Source: Eledone cirrhosa
Taxonomy: Eukaryota
Direction of reading: 5' to 3'
Length of the DNA stretch: 64,000 nucleotides
Assembly (NCBI GenBank): GCA_964016885.1
Contig: OZ024743.1
Span: 277,450,001 to 277,514,000, forward strand
Shown here piece after piece: positions 1 to 15,656 of this stretch. Position numbers and translations under genes: made by a program. Position 1 is the first letter of the stretch. Every line of letters starts with the position of its first letter. Below the pieces are notes generated by a model. That model saw only the letters and a program-made list of their open reading frames with translations. It did not search any database and had not been told where the DNA came from.

Positions 1-435
1 AAGAACAACAAAAACACCAAAAACGCCAAAGGCAACAAGAACAATATTACAAAAACACCAATAACAACAGCAACAACAATCACAACACATATAACAACAA
101 CAACAATAACAACGTTAACAAAACAACAATGATATGTTAATTCAAACTTTTCGCTTGACGAACTGCTGTAGATATATAATGGAACTACTGTCAGTGAAGC
201 TGTTGAAGAAAAGTTGTGGCCCTCCCAGCACTGCCATACCTTGCTCTGGAGTCATGACCTCTATTTAGAATCCCTGAAACGACTATCTTTTAGGGGTCAC
301 CAGGATATCTCGATTTCATCTCTTAATAAATAACGTTGGCGAAGAAATATGGCTTTTTATAATTATATTTGCAAAGGATAATACAGTTTTGTTTCCTTTA
401 AACTATTGTTGATATGAATATACTTCAGTGTTGAT

Positions 436-647
436 AATGGTTTCTTATATAGGCACAAGGCCAGAAATTTTGGGGGAGGGGAAGTCGATTAAATCAACCC
501 CAGTGTGTGACTGGTACTTTATTTTATTGACCACGTAAGGATGAAAGGCAAAGTTAACCGCGGCTGGGATTTGAACTCAGAACGTGAAGGTGCGTAACTA
601 TCCCGCGAAGCATGTTGTCCGACGCCCTACCGATACTGCCAATCCGA
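436..647 (-). mobile_element. tRNA-derived SINE (octopus-type, Meta-domain-like central box)
   Basis: Minus strand reads GGATTGGCAGTATCGGTAG (A-box-like), GAGTTCAAATCC (B box), then GCCTTTCATCCTTACGTGGTCAATAAAATAAAGTACCAG. It is near-identical to the copies at 8.4, 8.6, 27.3 and 43.3 kb. Confidence 0.85.
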
Positions 648-936
648 TAATGACGGATACTCTGTCGATTTCGACGAGGAGCAGCATTCAGTTGTTCATC
701 CAATTCGTTAATGATGATAAAAATGATTTCAATCAAATGAATGCAAAAGAAATAAGCCTTATTTAGTAATAAAAAATAAAAAAGTGGAAACACAAGGAAA
801 GAAAGAATAGGGAAATATAGAAAAGAAAAAAAAAAGAGAAAGACAAAAGAAAAAGAACGGGAAAGGGAGGGGATGGCAAGAACTCTGGTGTCACAGAAGA
901 GAAGGGGGTAAGGGGGAGGGTGATTGGGTTTTGGGT

Positions 937-1269
937 CTAGGGCAAGGGGGCAGGAGTGCTGTGCCCTGCGGACAAGACGGCAAAGAGCATTCCCCCGGCG
1001 ATGGCCAGAGACACCTGCTGCAACAGCCACCAAACCTCGCTGGGCTCCCTCTTCAGACGGACGACCGACGTTCCAATCTTGCGGAGGAGCTCGGCAGTAC
1101 ATGGTCCAAGTACACCTGAGGTCTCGACGGCGACTGGTGCGAAGAGGAAGTGGCCGAACAAATCCCGGTATTTGTTTATTTTACGTTCGTCTGCGAGGCG
1201 GGCTGCGATGCCGGGGTTTGTGGCCGAAGCGACTAAGTTGGAGCGGGAGAGCGTGTCGTAGCAGAACAC
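937..1269 (-). pseudogene. 3' fragment of a CRE-like non-LTR retrotransposon (restriction-like endonuclease C-terminus)
   Basis: Translation KINKYRDL..FAPVAVETSGVLG..LLRKIG...LLQQVSLAIAGG matches the K..KY / P.AVET.G..G / QR.S.AIQRGN pattern of CRE-clade RLE domains. Confidence 0.7.
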
Positions 1270-1279
1270 TCAAATATAT

Positions 1280-1475
1280 TTCTAGGATAAAATTACATAA
1301 AGATAATAAAGAATTTAATATTTAGTCAAACATATAGAAAAAGAAAGTGGCATTGCAAACGACTATATATGCTATAAATCAGAGGACAAGGAGAGAAAGG
1401 GTAAGGATTATTAGACAATGGAAGAAAGAAAGGAGGAAGGAGAGAGAGTGGCAGACTCTACACTTAAGTTACAGT
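1280..1475. repeat. Dispersed repeat, second copy at about 45770-45955
   Basis: Both copies share AAAATTACATAAA..ATATTTAGTCAAACATATAGAAAAAGA..AAGGATTATTAG..CAGACT.TACA. Confidence 0.6.
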
Positions 1476-1699
1476 GTGAACTAACGAGTATGTGACTGAG
1501 CCAAATCGAATCAGCGCAACGCAATATGTGACAAGGCTAGACATTTGAATTACAGGTATGATTCATCCTGTGGACTTTCATGCAATTTTCAATTACTCAA
1601 GCACTCCAGCTATTTCAAACGTTAAATTAATATATTTCTTCTATGTACAGTGCTTGTTATTTCCATGTACTTGCTTTGTTATTTTTGTTATTTCTGTTT

Positions 1700-1832
1700 A
1701 CCTTTTACATAATCACAAAGCTTGGTTCGTCCTAACTCTATAGTAAAGACCCTTGCTGAAGATACGACGCACTGGAATCTAACTCGAGGCCTCATTGTTG
1801 TAAAGCAGACATCGTTACCACACAATTATGCC
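1700..1832 (-). mobile_element. Decayed octopus-type tRNA-SINE (second family)
   Basis: Reverse complement resembles the copy at 5617-5770 (GTGGTAA..GCTT..CAA..., CTATAG...CCAAGCTTTGTGA). Confidence 0.5.
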
Positions 1833-2214
1833 AGTCAAAGATAGTTCACAAGTCTCTATATGTGTTTCATATTACAATCACTGATGTTCACCAACCCATG
1901 CATACATCCTTGAATGATTATGAATGGAAAATTACAGACAACGTATATTTAGAAAACATAAGTCCTTTCGGCTAAATTGCAATATAAATATGATGCAAAG
2001 CTGAACGAAAATAAAGTCAAAGAAAAAAATAATAGAAAACAGTTACATTTTTTTTACCAGTAATATTGTTACTTGAAAAATATCACCGTAAATATTGGAG
2101 TAATTAAGCAAATAATATTTCATGTCTCTAATTAACCGACAATACGTGGCTTGTACACAATGTAAACACAATTTGAATATAAAACATTGCACGTAGCTTT
2201 GCTCGTAAAATAGT

Positions 2215-2362
2215 TCCAGGAGACCCCGGGCAAAATGGTTGGATGATATTCATGCGCTTTGGTATCTAACCGGATCAATTGGAGAGGTTGCTTCTGGAGG
2301 AGTCTGTAGCCACGACCCTCACGGGAATAAGTGAACGAGAAGAAGAAGAAGAAGAAGAAGAA
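2215..2362 (+). mobile_element. 3' end of a LINE with (GAA)n tail
   Basis: RRPRAKWLDDI...NRINWRG remnant is followed by a short UTR and a (GAA)n run. Confidence 0.5.
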
Positions 2363-2949
2363 AGTCAATCCATCGGATTCAAAGAACGAGTGTTCAGTTC
2401 TTCGACCAACTGAATAAACCAACTAATAGAATTAGTGTAAGTAAAGGCGGTAGATTTGTAGAATTATTAAAGAGTCAGACATAGTTTATTGCAATATTTG
2501 TTTTGACGCATTTTATTCTGAGTTCAAAACCCACTAAAGTAAACTTTGCCTTTCCTCATTCATAAATGAAGTATAAGTTAAGTAGTCAATTAAGTCAGCT
2601 AAAACCTTCCCTATATTAACATGATATTGTGTCTATGATAGACACAATTATAGTGAAAGTAGCTTAATATTACTCCACAGACATCTATACTCTAACTATA
2701 AGAGGATAGGCTGACTATGAAGGATTGATGGTAGAGCTGTGAAATCTTGCATACATTCATTTCAACTCTTCTTAATAATTGAATTGTGTGTTTCCAGGGA
2801 CTATTTTGAAAAGATAAACCTCATTTGGTCATTACATGTACACTGCTTTATTTTATTGCTTGTTCCATCACATAGGCTGCGGCTTTACTGGGGCATCGTC
2901 ATTATTGCAAAACTTTCTAGAGCTCATCTTCCTTGGTTGTCTTTTCATG

Positions 2950-3112
2950 AATGATGGAGATGATACCACCGTTTTCATTTGTGTTTCTTATCATGGTATA
3001 CGCTCCTCTGGGATCGCAGACAGTAGAATGTCGAGATGCTTCTTGAAATCATCTACATCCACTCCATATAAATCCCTCAATGTTTATTGCAGGATATTGA
3101 AGATATTTGGGT
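2950..3112 (-). mobile_element. CR1/L2-like LINE 3' fragment
   Basis: Minus translation PNIFNILQ*TLRDLYGVDVDDFKKHLDILLSAIPEE fits the typical CR1-group C-terminal FN.LP...FK..LD motif. Confidence 0.6.
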
Positions 3113-5616
3113 TGAGAAGTTATATATTTAAGTACTCACTGTACAAACATGTGTGTAAAAGTATGTATGTGAGTATGTGTGTGTGAGTGCGTGTGCTTAT
3201 GTGATTAACAGTGATATTTCCTCTAAAACCTCTTTGTAGAATGTAGAGCGTTATATTGAATATCCCCATCTCCGTAACACGTTTATAATTATGAGATGAC
3301 ACTATGCACTTTGTCAGATGATAACCAAATAGTGATAACCGATGGTTTAACAAACATTTGTCGCTGTTGCGAATGTTTAAGGGAGTGGACCTTGGCTCAA
3401 ATATGTCCCAATCGTGATCATTCTAGATTTTTTTCAGGAATCGTATGTCTATGACTGTATTATCTAGTGTGCCTCTACTCTTTTGGGGGAATGTTAATCG
3501 AGAGAGATTTTACTGCTATTTCTAGCAAAACGGGCAGTTGCATGGAAGATCCTTTATTCGTTCACATTAATTCAGTATGTGAGCCTTTGGCAGTTTAGTT
3601 ATAATTGAACACATATATAGATTTCTGTCTCAAAGAGAAAAGAAAAACAGAATATGTATCTTACATTTTAGTAGATGCTGCTTGCCCTTCAGATCTGATC
3701 TGTAGCAGTGTAGACTGAACAATACTAGAAACTCTAGCGGGAGAAAACAATCTGAATATTGCTCTCTTTTACTGTTTGAACATGGAGTCAATTTTTGCGG
3801 AAAAGTAATGATGAATAGCTAATTACAAGAAGACAAACTTTTAAAGCTAAACGTGGTAGAATTAACCTGTCCCCTGGTTTAACAACACCATCGGGCTATT
3901 GGGTGTCTTTAGCGGATTTCAATATGTTGCGCCCAGATCTACTGATTGAAGATACCTTCCAGGTTTCCATTTACCAGTATTAGATATTCCGAAAAGGGTT
4001 ATGGGCGCTGCCCTTCTCTCTCTGACTAAACAGTAAAAAAAAAAAAGAAAGAACTTTTATTGGACATTCGCTGAGATGATCAATATTTCTCTAACTATTA
4101 TTTTGAAATACAAATATAAAGTTACAGTCTCATCGTATTAGAGACATGCATTTCAAAGATGCATTTCCTAATTTATTAATGAGCATTTAGTAAAATGCAG
4201 TGAGGATATATGAAGGTGCATCAAGCATATAACTAGTTGCAACGAAGATCAAGGTAAATGCAACAAGAATCTAGCTTGATGTTTCAGTAAAGTTGTTGAC
4301 CTTGGCATAGATATGAAGCAATGGCAAAAGGAGTTAAGCCAATATCAAGTTTGCAAGATCTTTTACGTTTCCAAATACACCCCATGGAAACAAAATATGT
4401 TTAAAGAAGTTTGATATAAGTTCATGTATTACACATTTATAGAATTATTTTGTTTGTAAATTTTGTTCCCACACAGGAATTTTATTCTTTATCCCACATT
4501 GCTTCCAACTACTAAACTTGTAACTGATCTAACTGAACATTTACTGCATTAAACTCAATCAGTTACAGCGCAGAAGGGCTTAAACCGTTTATGAGAGCTC
4601 TGTGCCGCTTTTCCAGACTAACGAATAAAACATATACGTTCTGTTTCTGTTTAGAAATAGGACGTTTTTTGTTTATATTTATGGTATGTAATTAATAGAT
4701 AGGTAGGTAGTTATAAATCTGCTTTAATGACTTGTGAAATGCAATGAGTAAGTGCGTTAAACAAAATATTTACAGCGTTCGAACAAAACGGAAAGTTTTG
4801 ATCACGCCTGTATGTTTGTATCGTTTACTTTGATGTTGAACAAGAAAGTCGTTTATCAATTACCAGTATTGCTAGGTAAAAAAAAGAAGTATTACAATGA
4901 CAGCTATTAAGCATTTTTTTATCAAAGCAAATGTGCCATTAATACTGATAGTAATATTACTGTTCTTTTGAGGGCGGTAGATGGAGGAATAAATTGATAA
5001 AGTGTCGGAGCAAATGATGTGCGATATTTAGTTAGGTTACTATAAGTTTTCAATTTCAATTCCATGACAGGCAACTTTATTTTTCGTTCTTCCTCAATCG
5101 ATAAAATAAATACCAGTGGAATACTGGGGCTGATTTAATCAATTGTGTTCTCCACCACAATTTACGCCGTCCTTTTCATTAATGAATATTACAGTAATTT
5201 TTTAGGCGATCAGTGAATGGTAGAGATAATTTTTTCCAAAGAATTATTTCCTCGATTTGGTTTTCTGCCCCAGCTGGAGCTATTTCACTTCATTTATCTT
5301 GCTCATGCCTCCAAGAATCAACGACATACAATATCATACTCTCATCGTGTATATCTTAAACCTTTCTAGCGTTTAAAGTAATCAGTATAAAGAATATGCC
5401 ACATCTACCCGAGGTTATATGAAACTATATATCAGCCAAGTGCAATGGTTTGTTTGTGTGTTGGACATAATGCATGCGTTATTTAGTTACGAACCTCTAC
5501 GCTCTCAGTTCAAATCCCACCGATGCCAAATTTGCCATCCGGTGTTGATTAAATAATGTACAAATGAAAAATAGAGTTAAATTTAATATTCCTATCAAGA
5601 TTTGTGGACACATACA

Positions 5617-5770
5617 TGGGTAAGTAGTTTAGAAGTTCGCTTCGCAATCATAAGATTCTGTTCGATCTAACTGCGAGGTACAGGGTACAGGCCTTTCACC
5701 ATAGCCTTGGGGCAACCCAAGCTTTGTGAATGAGAGTTGGTTGATGGAAATTGTGGCAGCCCATCGGATG
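5617..5770 (+). mobile_element. Decayed octopus-type tRNA-SINE (second family)
   Basis: AGAAGTTCGCTTCGCAATCA..GTTCGAT..CCATAGCCTTGGGGCAACCCAAGCTTTGTGAATGAG..GATGGAAATTG resembles the common octopus SINE body. Confidence 0.55.
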
Positions 5771-8264
5771 GGTTGTATCTGTAAATTGATCCAGCCATTT
5801 CAAATGTCGTTATTTCAGTATGGAAATTACGTGAAAATTGCGCGTATCTGTGGTGAAACAATCAGTTAGATACGCGTAAATTTAAAGCATAGCTAATATA
5901 GTTGATCCAGAAACTGATTGCTCACCATGGAAAATGATAGAGGAAGACTTCACTTCCTTCATAATTTGTAGTCTTGTGCTTATGTTTAAAAAATCATTAT
6001 TTTCATAGTGATTAGAGTGCCGGTGTCTCAGAAATAATAGAATACCTTCTTATATATAGTTTTGTTTATTTATGTTCTGATTTCAAATTTAACTGGGAAT
6101 TGTGTCATCTTGTTTCTTTCCAGTGATGATAAACTAGGCATCAGTCAAATACTGTAATCAAATTAATGACTTCCACTTGTTTAAGGCATTCTGGTTGGAT
6201 GAATAATCAATATGCAGGAGGGTATTTTTTTTTAAATGTTTAACTTTGTCCAACAGTAGCTGAGAAACAGAAAGGAACAATAGGGAAGGAGTCGATCGCC
6301 AAACCAGACCAAAGAAACGATGATTCAATTTGTCGTTTCATTGCTGATACTATCCACTTGTAACTCATGGCAGAACGAGGAGGGATTTGAACTCAGAACG
6401 AAGAGAGCCGAATCAAAATAACGCAAAGAATCTAGTCCGACTCATTAACAATTCCGCCGAACCCCCCATCTATAAGAGGAAAGGCAAAGCTGCTTTCGTC
6501 GGGATTTGAACTGAGAGTGTAGTGGGCCGGAACAAATACCACTGCTTTTAATCCGACGCCATAACGACTCTGCCAATTCGCTACCTGAGAAACAGAACAT
6601 GGGAGTAAATACGACGCAATAATTGACATTAGATCTTCTTTACTGAATTGAAATACTCACGAATTTGACGTTTTCCTTTCAATTTAACGAGACTCGATGA
6701 AATTATTACCAGCACTATTTAATCGAATATACATCTCAGCTACAAGATTTGGTATTGTGTACAATCAAAAGAAATCGATTTTATACAATTAATATATACG
6801 TGTATATACCCTGCTGCTAAATTCTTCGATTCATTTACAAATATATAATCATTACAGTAATTAACTACAGTAAGTGATTGAATTAACTGACAATTTAATT
6901 TGCCACTATGTACGCATGTATTTATTTATCTATTTATATACGCATTAGACATATACGTTGTGCACATGTTATATATATACAATTACACACTTATACTAAT
7001 ATATTTCTGGCGAGTTCAATGAGCCTCTATGTGGTTGATTATTCTGTTAGAAATAATAGTCTCATTTCCCTCTAATCACACCTAATATCATAAAACATAG
7101 ATAATAAAAAATGAAGAATTCAATCATAGATACGCTCTGTGATCGACAAAAATCCACGACTTAGCAATACCCAGAATCTGAACGAGCGTGAAGAACGGTT
7201 TCGTAACCCTGAGCGCATATAGAATAGCGTCAGCTGTCGGCACTTCAGTATCTTTAGAACTTATTTCGAACCGTCTACTACTTCCTTCCATGACAGCAAT
7301 GCCAGACCAGAGATTGTTGGAAGTTGTCCATAGGTCCTGAGCTGAAAGTCACCCAGAATATGTTGCTTAATTCATTTTCATCTATGACCAGTGTGTCTCA
7401 TCGAAAACATCATCGCTCATGCTCGTCTCTAGATCTCTACAGAATCCTAGTAAACTCATTTCCACTGATTTCATCGCCCAAATAATGAAGACATCTGAAC
7501 GTCTAAAAGCTTTTGAGATGCTAAATATATCATCTTAGAATACTCTTGAACCAGGGCTTCGCATCCGTCATAGATACAAAACTTTGTGAGAGCCTGTTTC
7601 AAAAACATCAATTACAATTACTGATAGAAGAGGGAAATTAAAGTTTCCAATTAACTAAGAAAGATTGGGGCGAAAGTAAACAGTAGACAACACTTGAAAA
7701 CAAACTTGCTACGTTATGTAACATGTGGTGCGGTAAATAAATATACACATATACATCAGGTCCGAACACAAAGGAACCAAACTCCCACTGTCACTGCCTC
7801 CGTCTCTCCCATTCACTCCTCTCTCATTTACATGAGCAAATACGGGCCCACGCACTGGTTGCCCCGCAGTACTGGCGGACAGAATAAAGAAGGCAACACA
7901 AGGATCCCTGCTGAGCCTTAACATATCAATGAAATGACAAAAAGAATATTACAATTACAACTGCGAGTATTGACAGCAGTATTCTGAATAGAGGAATCCT
8001 ACTTTTTTAGACACGAAACGTAAGACGTTCGAATTTGGGCAAATGGAAATTGGGCCCAGGCCAATGTGTGAAGGTCAGACGGTAATATATTAGGAAGTTG
8101 ACATAAACAATCGCTGCCGACCTGTTCCCTCTTTAGTGTTGTACAACACCTTTTGCAATTTCAGAATATATTGTAAACAATAAAAAAAAAAGAAGATTTA
8201 TTAAACTAATTCAGACCCTTGCAGGAGTCGAAATAAGTTGATTGCTCCTGATGGTGATGCTGAT

Positions 8265-8390
8265 GGTTATAGCGACGACGACGACGACAACGAAGATGAT
8301 GATGATGGTGATGATGATGATGATGGTGGTGGTGATAATGATGATGATAATGATGATGATGATGATGATAATGATGATGATAATAATTGT
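8265..8390. repeat. (GAT)n microsatellite
   Basis: Read directly from the sequence. Confidence 0.95.
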
Positions 8391-8757
8391 TTCTACTTTT
8401 GGCACAAGGTCAGCAATTATCCCAGTGCATTACTGGAACTTTATTTTATCGACCCTGTAATGATAAAAAGCAAAGTTAACCTCGGCGGGATTTGAACTCA
8501 GATCATAAAGGGCCGTAACTCTATGCTACAAAACATGGTGTCCGATTCTCTACCAATACTGCCAATCCACCGCACCTTAGATGTTTTACTTTTGACACAA
8601 GGCCAGCGATTACTCCAGTGTATCACTGGTACTTTATTTTATCCTCGTAAGGATGAAAGGCAAAGTTAACCTCGGCGGATTTGAACTCAGAACGCAAAGG
8701 GACGTAACTATGCTGCAAAGCATGGTGTCTGACGCTCTACCGATACTGCCAATCCAC
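8391..8757 (-). mobile_element. Two tandem copies of the tRNA-derived SINE (8391-8572, 8584-8757)
   Basis: Each copy contains GGCACAAGG..CTGG.ACTTTATTTTATC..AAAGTTAACCTCGGCGG.ATTTGAACTCAG..ACTGCCAATCC. Confidence 0.85.
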
Positions 8758-8968
8758 CTCCCGGATGTTGATAATAATGATATTGGATGATAACACATCC
8801 ATAAAAGAAACCGACACGAATATGTAAGGTAGACATATCTTCAAAATAATGTTTATATCAATACTAGAATTAAATGTTGTAAATTACTGACTTTTCACTC
8901 TCCACCCTTTCCTGTCCCTCTCCTTTTTGTTTCTCTCTCTCGTGTTTTTCACTCTCTCTCACTCTCTC

Positions 8969-9014
<46 letters not shown>

Positions 9015-9679
9015 TGTCTCTCTCTCTCTCTCTCTCTCGTTTTTGTCTCTCTCTCTCGTTTTTGTCACTCTCTCTCTCTTTCATTCCCTCATTCCATCTA
9101 CCTTTGCCTTCACCTTTCCCTCTCATCCTCACTTTCTCTTACAATGATTTATTTTTGATTTGGTTTTTGTGTTGAAAACTCAGTTCCCCAGCACACGTGC
9201 TTTTGTGTTCTAAATGTGTTCTAAGCATATTTCAATATCAACAACGTTGAAGTAGAAGTCAGCAGAAAAAAAATGAGAGAAAGAAAATATAACAGAAAAC
9301 AGAAAATTCACGAAACTCTAAAAAAAAACCCCAACAAAACCTCCTGAAAAACAATACAGGATGACAGCAAAAACAACGATAAAAAATATATATCAAAATC
9401 AATATAAATACAATGTTAACACTTTTAGATATTTGTTATATTAAGTTTATCATTAATTTGTTTTTGTTGTTGTAGTTGTTGTCGAGAGTATAGAAATTAC
9501 TCCTTTAGGAATAATATATACACCTCACAATATTTTGTTTCATTTTGATTATCTTTATTGTTGTTGTTGTTGTTGTTATTATTTTTATTATTATTATTGT
9601 TGTTGTTGTTGTTGTTATTACTTTTAAGTAAGCAAATCAATTAATTCCTCTTCTATAGAGGCTGGAGATTCACTTGTAT

Positions 9680-9866
9680 TGTCGTCCTCCTCCTCCTCGT
9701 CGTCATCCTCGTCATCATCATCATCATCATCATCATCACCACCATCATCATCATCATCATCATCATCATAATCGCAATGCAATAGTAGTATTGTTGTTGG
9801 TGTTGCTATTGTTATTTACGCTGATGATGTCGGTTTTGTCGTCATCATCATCATCATCATCATCAT

Positions 9867-9898
<32 letters not shown>

Positions 9899-10153
9899 TC
9901 ATCGCAATGCAGTAGTAGTATTGTTGTTGGTGTTATTATTGTTATTTATGCTGATGATGTTGATTTTGTCGTCGTCGTCGTCATCATCATCATCATCACC
10001 ATCGTCATCGTCATCATCGTCATCATCATCATCACCATCGTCAACATCATCATCATCATCATCACCATCGTCATCATCATTATCATCATTCTCATCATCC
10101 TCATCATCATCATCATCATCATCATCATTATCATCATCATCATCATCATCATT

Positions 10154-10185
<32 letters not shown>

Positions 10186-10190
10186 TATCT
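9680..10190. repeat. (CAT)n microsatellite complex with an internally duplicated spacer
   Basis: The spacer ATCGCAATGCA.TAGTAGTATTGTTGTTGGTGTT..GCTGATGATGT occurs at about 9771 and about 9901. Confidence 0.9.
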
Positions 10191-11779
10191 CAATGTTATA
10201 GTACAATAATCATTGTTAGTGTTGCTGTTGTTATTATAAATATCAGTGCTGCTCTACTGATGAGGATGTCGTTGTGGTTGTTGTTGTTTCATCATTATTT
10301 CTCATTTTGTTTACAAAGTAAGAAGAAGGAGACGAAGAAGAAGAAAAACAATATCAACAACAAAAGAAAATAAGAGATAAATATTTTTTTGCGCGCAAGA
10401 TAAAATAAAAATTACGAAACCAAAAATAAATAAATAAATTAAAACAGCACCCGATAAAAAACAAAAAACAAAAACAAAAACAAAACAAAAAGCAAATAAT
10501 AATAATAATAATAATATGGAAAGAGACAATTAGAGCGATGTGAAGAAAAATATCCTGAAAACATGAAATAATGTAAAGAAAAAATATGGAAATAAACCGA
10601 AGGAAAGAGTACATTATTTGATTTAAAAAAAAAAGAAGAATATTTATCATAAATATATTATTAAACAAACATAAGTGTTTTACAGAAGTTATAATGCTTC
10701 TGTGGGCCCAAAGAAATTTCTCACAATGTTGCATGCTATTCGCTTTTGATACTTTTTCTATGAAGCCTAACGCTTAAATATACATACGAGCTCTAGCACA
10801 TTTGTATGTATGTATGTATGTATGTATGTATGTATGTATGTATGTATGTATGTATGTATGTATGTATGTATTTATGTATGTATTTAGTACGTATGTATGT
10901 ATTTATGTATGTATGTGTGTGTGTACGTATATTCATATATATATATATATGTGTGTGTCCGTGTATGGTAGTGTAATCAAATATATATTAAATACACAAA
11001 GATGCATGTTTGTCTATGTATGTGTGTAATATGTATATATATATATATATATGTGTGTGTGTATATATATATATATATTATACATATATACATATATATA
11101 TATAAATACATATATATGTGTGGGTGTGTGTACGTGTGTGTAAATATATAAATATAATCGCACGCGTGTGATTATTTGCGTAATATTATTCTCGTTGCTT
11201 GTCATTCTTGTCTTATTTCCAGGAGATTCTAAACACTTGTTCAGCTTGACTATATAACAAACGAAAATTAAGAAGAAAGGAATAAAGAAAACATTATTCC
11301 TTCCAGAATATAGCTCTTCAATATAAGCATAAAGATACAGCTAGAAACACTTAAAAGCTAAATTTATATAGGAGACAAATAGACATCTATCGAATATTCT
11401 AACTCCCTGACAAAGACCACTAAGGCCCAATCAAACGAGTACAAGTAAGAAAACCCACCGGGGAACGGCGCCATTTTGAATAGTGATTCAAACCAATTCT
11501 CGCTGGACACGTGATAAAAATGTGTGATTCTCGCTTGGCTTTACTTGCAACTAATTTCAAACTTCCATTATGGTAAGATAATAAGGTAAGAAAAGTTCGT
11601 TTATGAGTTTTACATCAGTGCTGTCTGCTTGAAACAATTTAGTCAAAAATCCATAAAAATCTGCTGAATTCATTGCAATCTTTATAATGTGCCATGAACT
11701 TGTCATATGTTATGCTGATTTTTGCATCACTACTCTCACAAACATCAGTTTCCTCTAAACAGTATGACAAGGGAGATGT

Positions 11780-13220
<1,441 letters not shown>

Positions 13221-13973
13221 ACACAAATCAAATCGATATGAAGCAACTTTTCGATAATGCGTGTCTGGTTAACTGAATGTATAAAATATTAACTAATTTT
13301 ATGTTGAGGTTTATATAGTTATGTAATATTCCATTGCCTAGTTTTATTAGTATAGACAAGGTGAAAATTATTCAACCACACTTGTAGCCATTGTCAGTGG
13401 TGTGCTGGAAGGAGGGTGTATCGGAGAGTTATGTTCATGTATAGTTGTGTAAATAGTTAAGTGGGGTAGGTCATAGGTCGATGATTACAACGGTATTTTC
13501 ACCAGGATAAGAATTTAATGGGCTATTATTATTTGGGCTTTGGAAATGTTTGTGCTTTTCTCAATTCAGATTTTGGGCGTTTTATTCGTAAAAATATCAT
13601 GAAGTAGAAATTATAATACTTAAAGTTTGCGTATTTAGTAGAGAGGCGGTGAATTAACAGTTTAGTATTCGTAGCGATAGCCGGAGGTTTTATAGACTCT
13701 GGGGGAGAATAAAGGAAAAATCGACTTTGGTGAGATTTGAATTCAGAATGTGAAGGGCTGTAACTAAATACCGTAACGCCATTTTGCACGACGCTCTAAT
13801 GATTCTACCAGTCTACTGCCATTAAATAAAATAAGGACCAGTCGTATGTATGTATGTATGTATGTATGTATGTATGTATGTATGTATGTATGTATGTATG
13901 TATGTATGTATGTATGTGTGTATGTATGTATGTATGTATGTGTGTACGTATGCATGTGTATACACACACACAC

Positions 13974-14059
<86 letters not shown>

Positions 14060-14164
14060 GCGCGTGTGTGTGTGTGTATAAAAGGTACACAAAAATAACG
14101 ACACAATCGGTACAGTATATGGAAAGAATATATTAGGTTAACGCTTGAAATAACAGGAAGAGGG

Positions 14165-14200
14165 TCTTAACGTTTTGGACGCTCGTCCTTCATCAGAAGA
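14165..14200 (-). ncRNA. Degenerate minimal type I hammerhead motif (PLE pLTR remnant)
   Basis: Minus strand: TCTT CTGATGA A GGAC GAGC GTCC AAAAC GT T AAGA. G12 is mutated to A, and stems I and II pair. Confidence 0.55.
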
Positions 14201-14398
14201 AAGAACTAGAAATTAGATATATTGAAGGGACGGGCGGAAAGGAATTGGAAAAAACTGTTTTTAGAGAAAAATGACATGTTGCCATCTCTTGGAAAACTGT
14301 TGATGCTTGCGTTTTGTATATGATATATATATATATATATACACACATATTAATACATATTAATACTATTAATTGCATGTAGAAACACATACTTTTAT

Positions 14399-14492
<94 letters not shown>

Positions 14493-14504
14493 TGTATATA
14501 TATA

Positions 14505-15048
14505 TATTGTTATATTTGGGGAGGGTCATATTGTTGTAATAATATTGCCAGATATAATAACAGAACACACTCACTGTTTGGTTGGTTTTCGCTTCTGTAT
14601 CTTTTATATCTCCATATTTAATTTATTTGGCAATCAACGTTTATCATTGATTGACCAACATTATACACACACGCAAACGCATACGCAGAGACGGAAACAA
14701 GAATAAATAAAGTAAAAATGGCGTAGACATTACAATACAATACAATAGGAGCGAACATAATAGTACCACTGATGATGTTGCAGATGTGCAACGAAAGAAC
14801 TTTGATAGACTATATATATTAATATATATATTTATATCTGTATTTTTAACCGGTGGTCAGTCAATGATAAACGTTGATTGCCAAATAAATTAACTATATG
14901 GAGATATAAAAGATACAGAATCGAAAACCAACCAAGCAGTGAATGTGTTCTGTTGTTATTTCTGGCAATATTATAACAATATGACCCTCCCCAAGTATAA
15001 CAATATTTGTTTCGTCACACGATTTCATATCAAAAACCTTGCAAAACA
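14505..15048 (+). mobile_element. Short 5'-inverted copy of the Naiad-like PLE 3' end (pLTR)
   Basis: 14505-14657 is the reverse complement of about 14856-15006. The body and tail match 58860-59310, and the element is flanked by (TA)n. Confidence 0.85.
14760..14813 (+). ncRNA. Type I hammerhead ribozyme motif
   Basis: ATAGTACCA CTGATGA T GTTGCA-GATG-TGCAAC GAAAG AA CT T TGATAGACTAT gives a core, a 6-bp stem II, a 2-bp stem III and an imperfect stem I. Confidence 0.65.
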
Positions 15049-15310
15049 AATATATATATAAAGAGAGAGGGGGAGGCGCGTCAGAGATAGATTTAAAAGA
15101 GTCGAAGTCAGTGTTACAGCATACGTATAAACTTTATTTGCATATTACAATTGTTTCGATATCGATCGCCTCAGCCTACAATCAAGTTGATGGGGCTCGA
15201 TTCTTTTTCGCTATCTCATCAGATATGCGAGTTTATATGTGCAAAGACACATTTAAACACTCACACACACGCACCCACTCACACAAACACACACACACAC
15301 ACGCACACGC

Positions 15311-15360
<50 letters not shown>

Positions 15361-15422
15361 TCATTTATATATTTATTCATAATGTACGAAGGCGAATTTT
15401 CTGGTTTTAGAAGCGTTGAGTA

Positions 15423-15465
<43 letters not shown>

Positions 15466-15602
15466 CAGAGAGGGTGTGGTAAGATACTATGTGGACCATA
15501 ACGCACCAGAGTACTCAATACTTAGGGTAGTAGACTGGTAGCTTAGTTCGGATCTAGCTGTCAAAACTGCCGGAGCTCAGCCGTTGGGGTCCTGACTCTT
15601 TT

Positions 15603-15603
<1 letters not shown>
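15466..15603. mobile_element. Short PLE-pLTR-like element, family B (copies at 19081 and 53112)
   Basis: Shares GTGTGGTAA..ATAACGCACCA.AGTACTCAATA.TTAGGGTAGTAGA and GAGCTCAGCCGT.GGGGTC. It is flanked by microsatellite. Confidence 0.65.
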
Positions 15604-15648
<45 letters not shown>

Positions 15649-15656
15649 TATATACG

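Noticed and set aside
7140-8120. Possibly decayed coding or transposon sequence
   Set aside because: No motif could be assigned with confidence.
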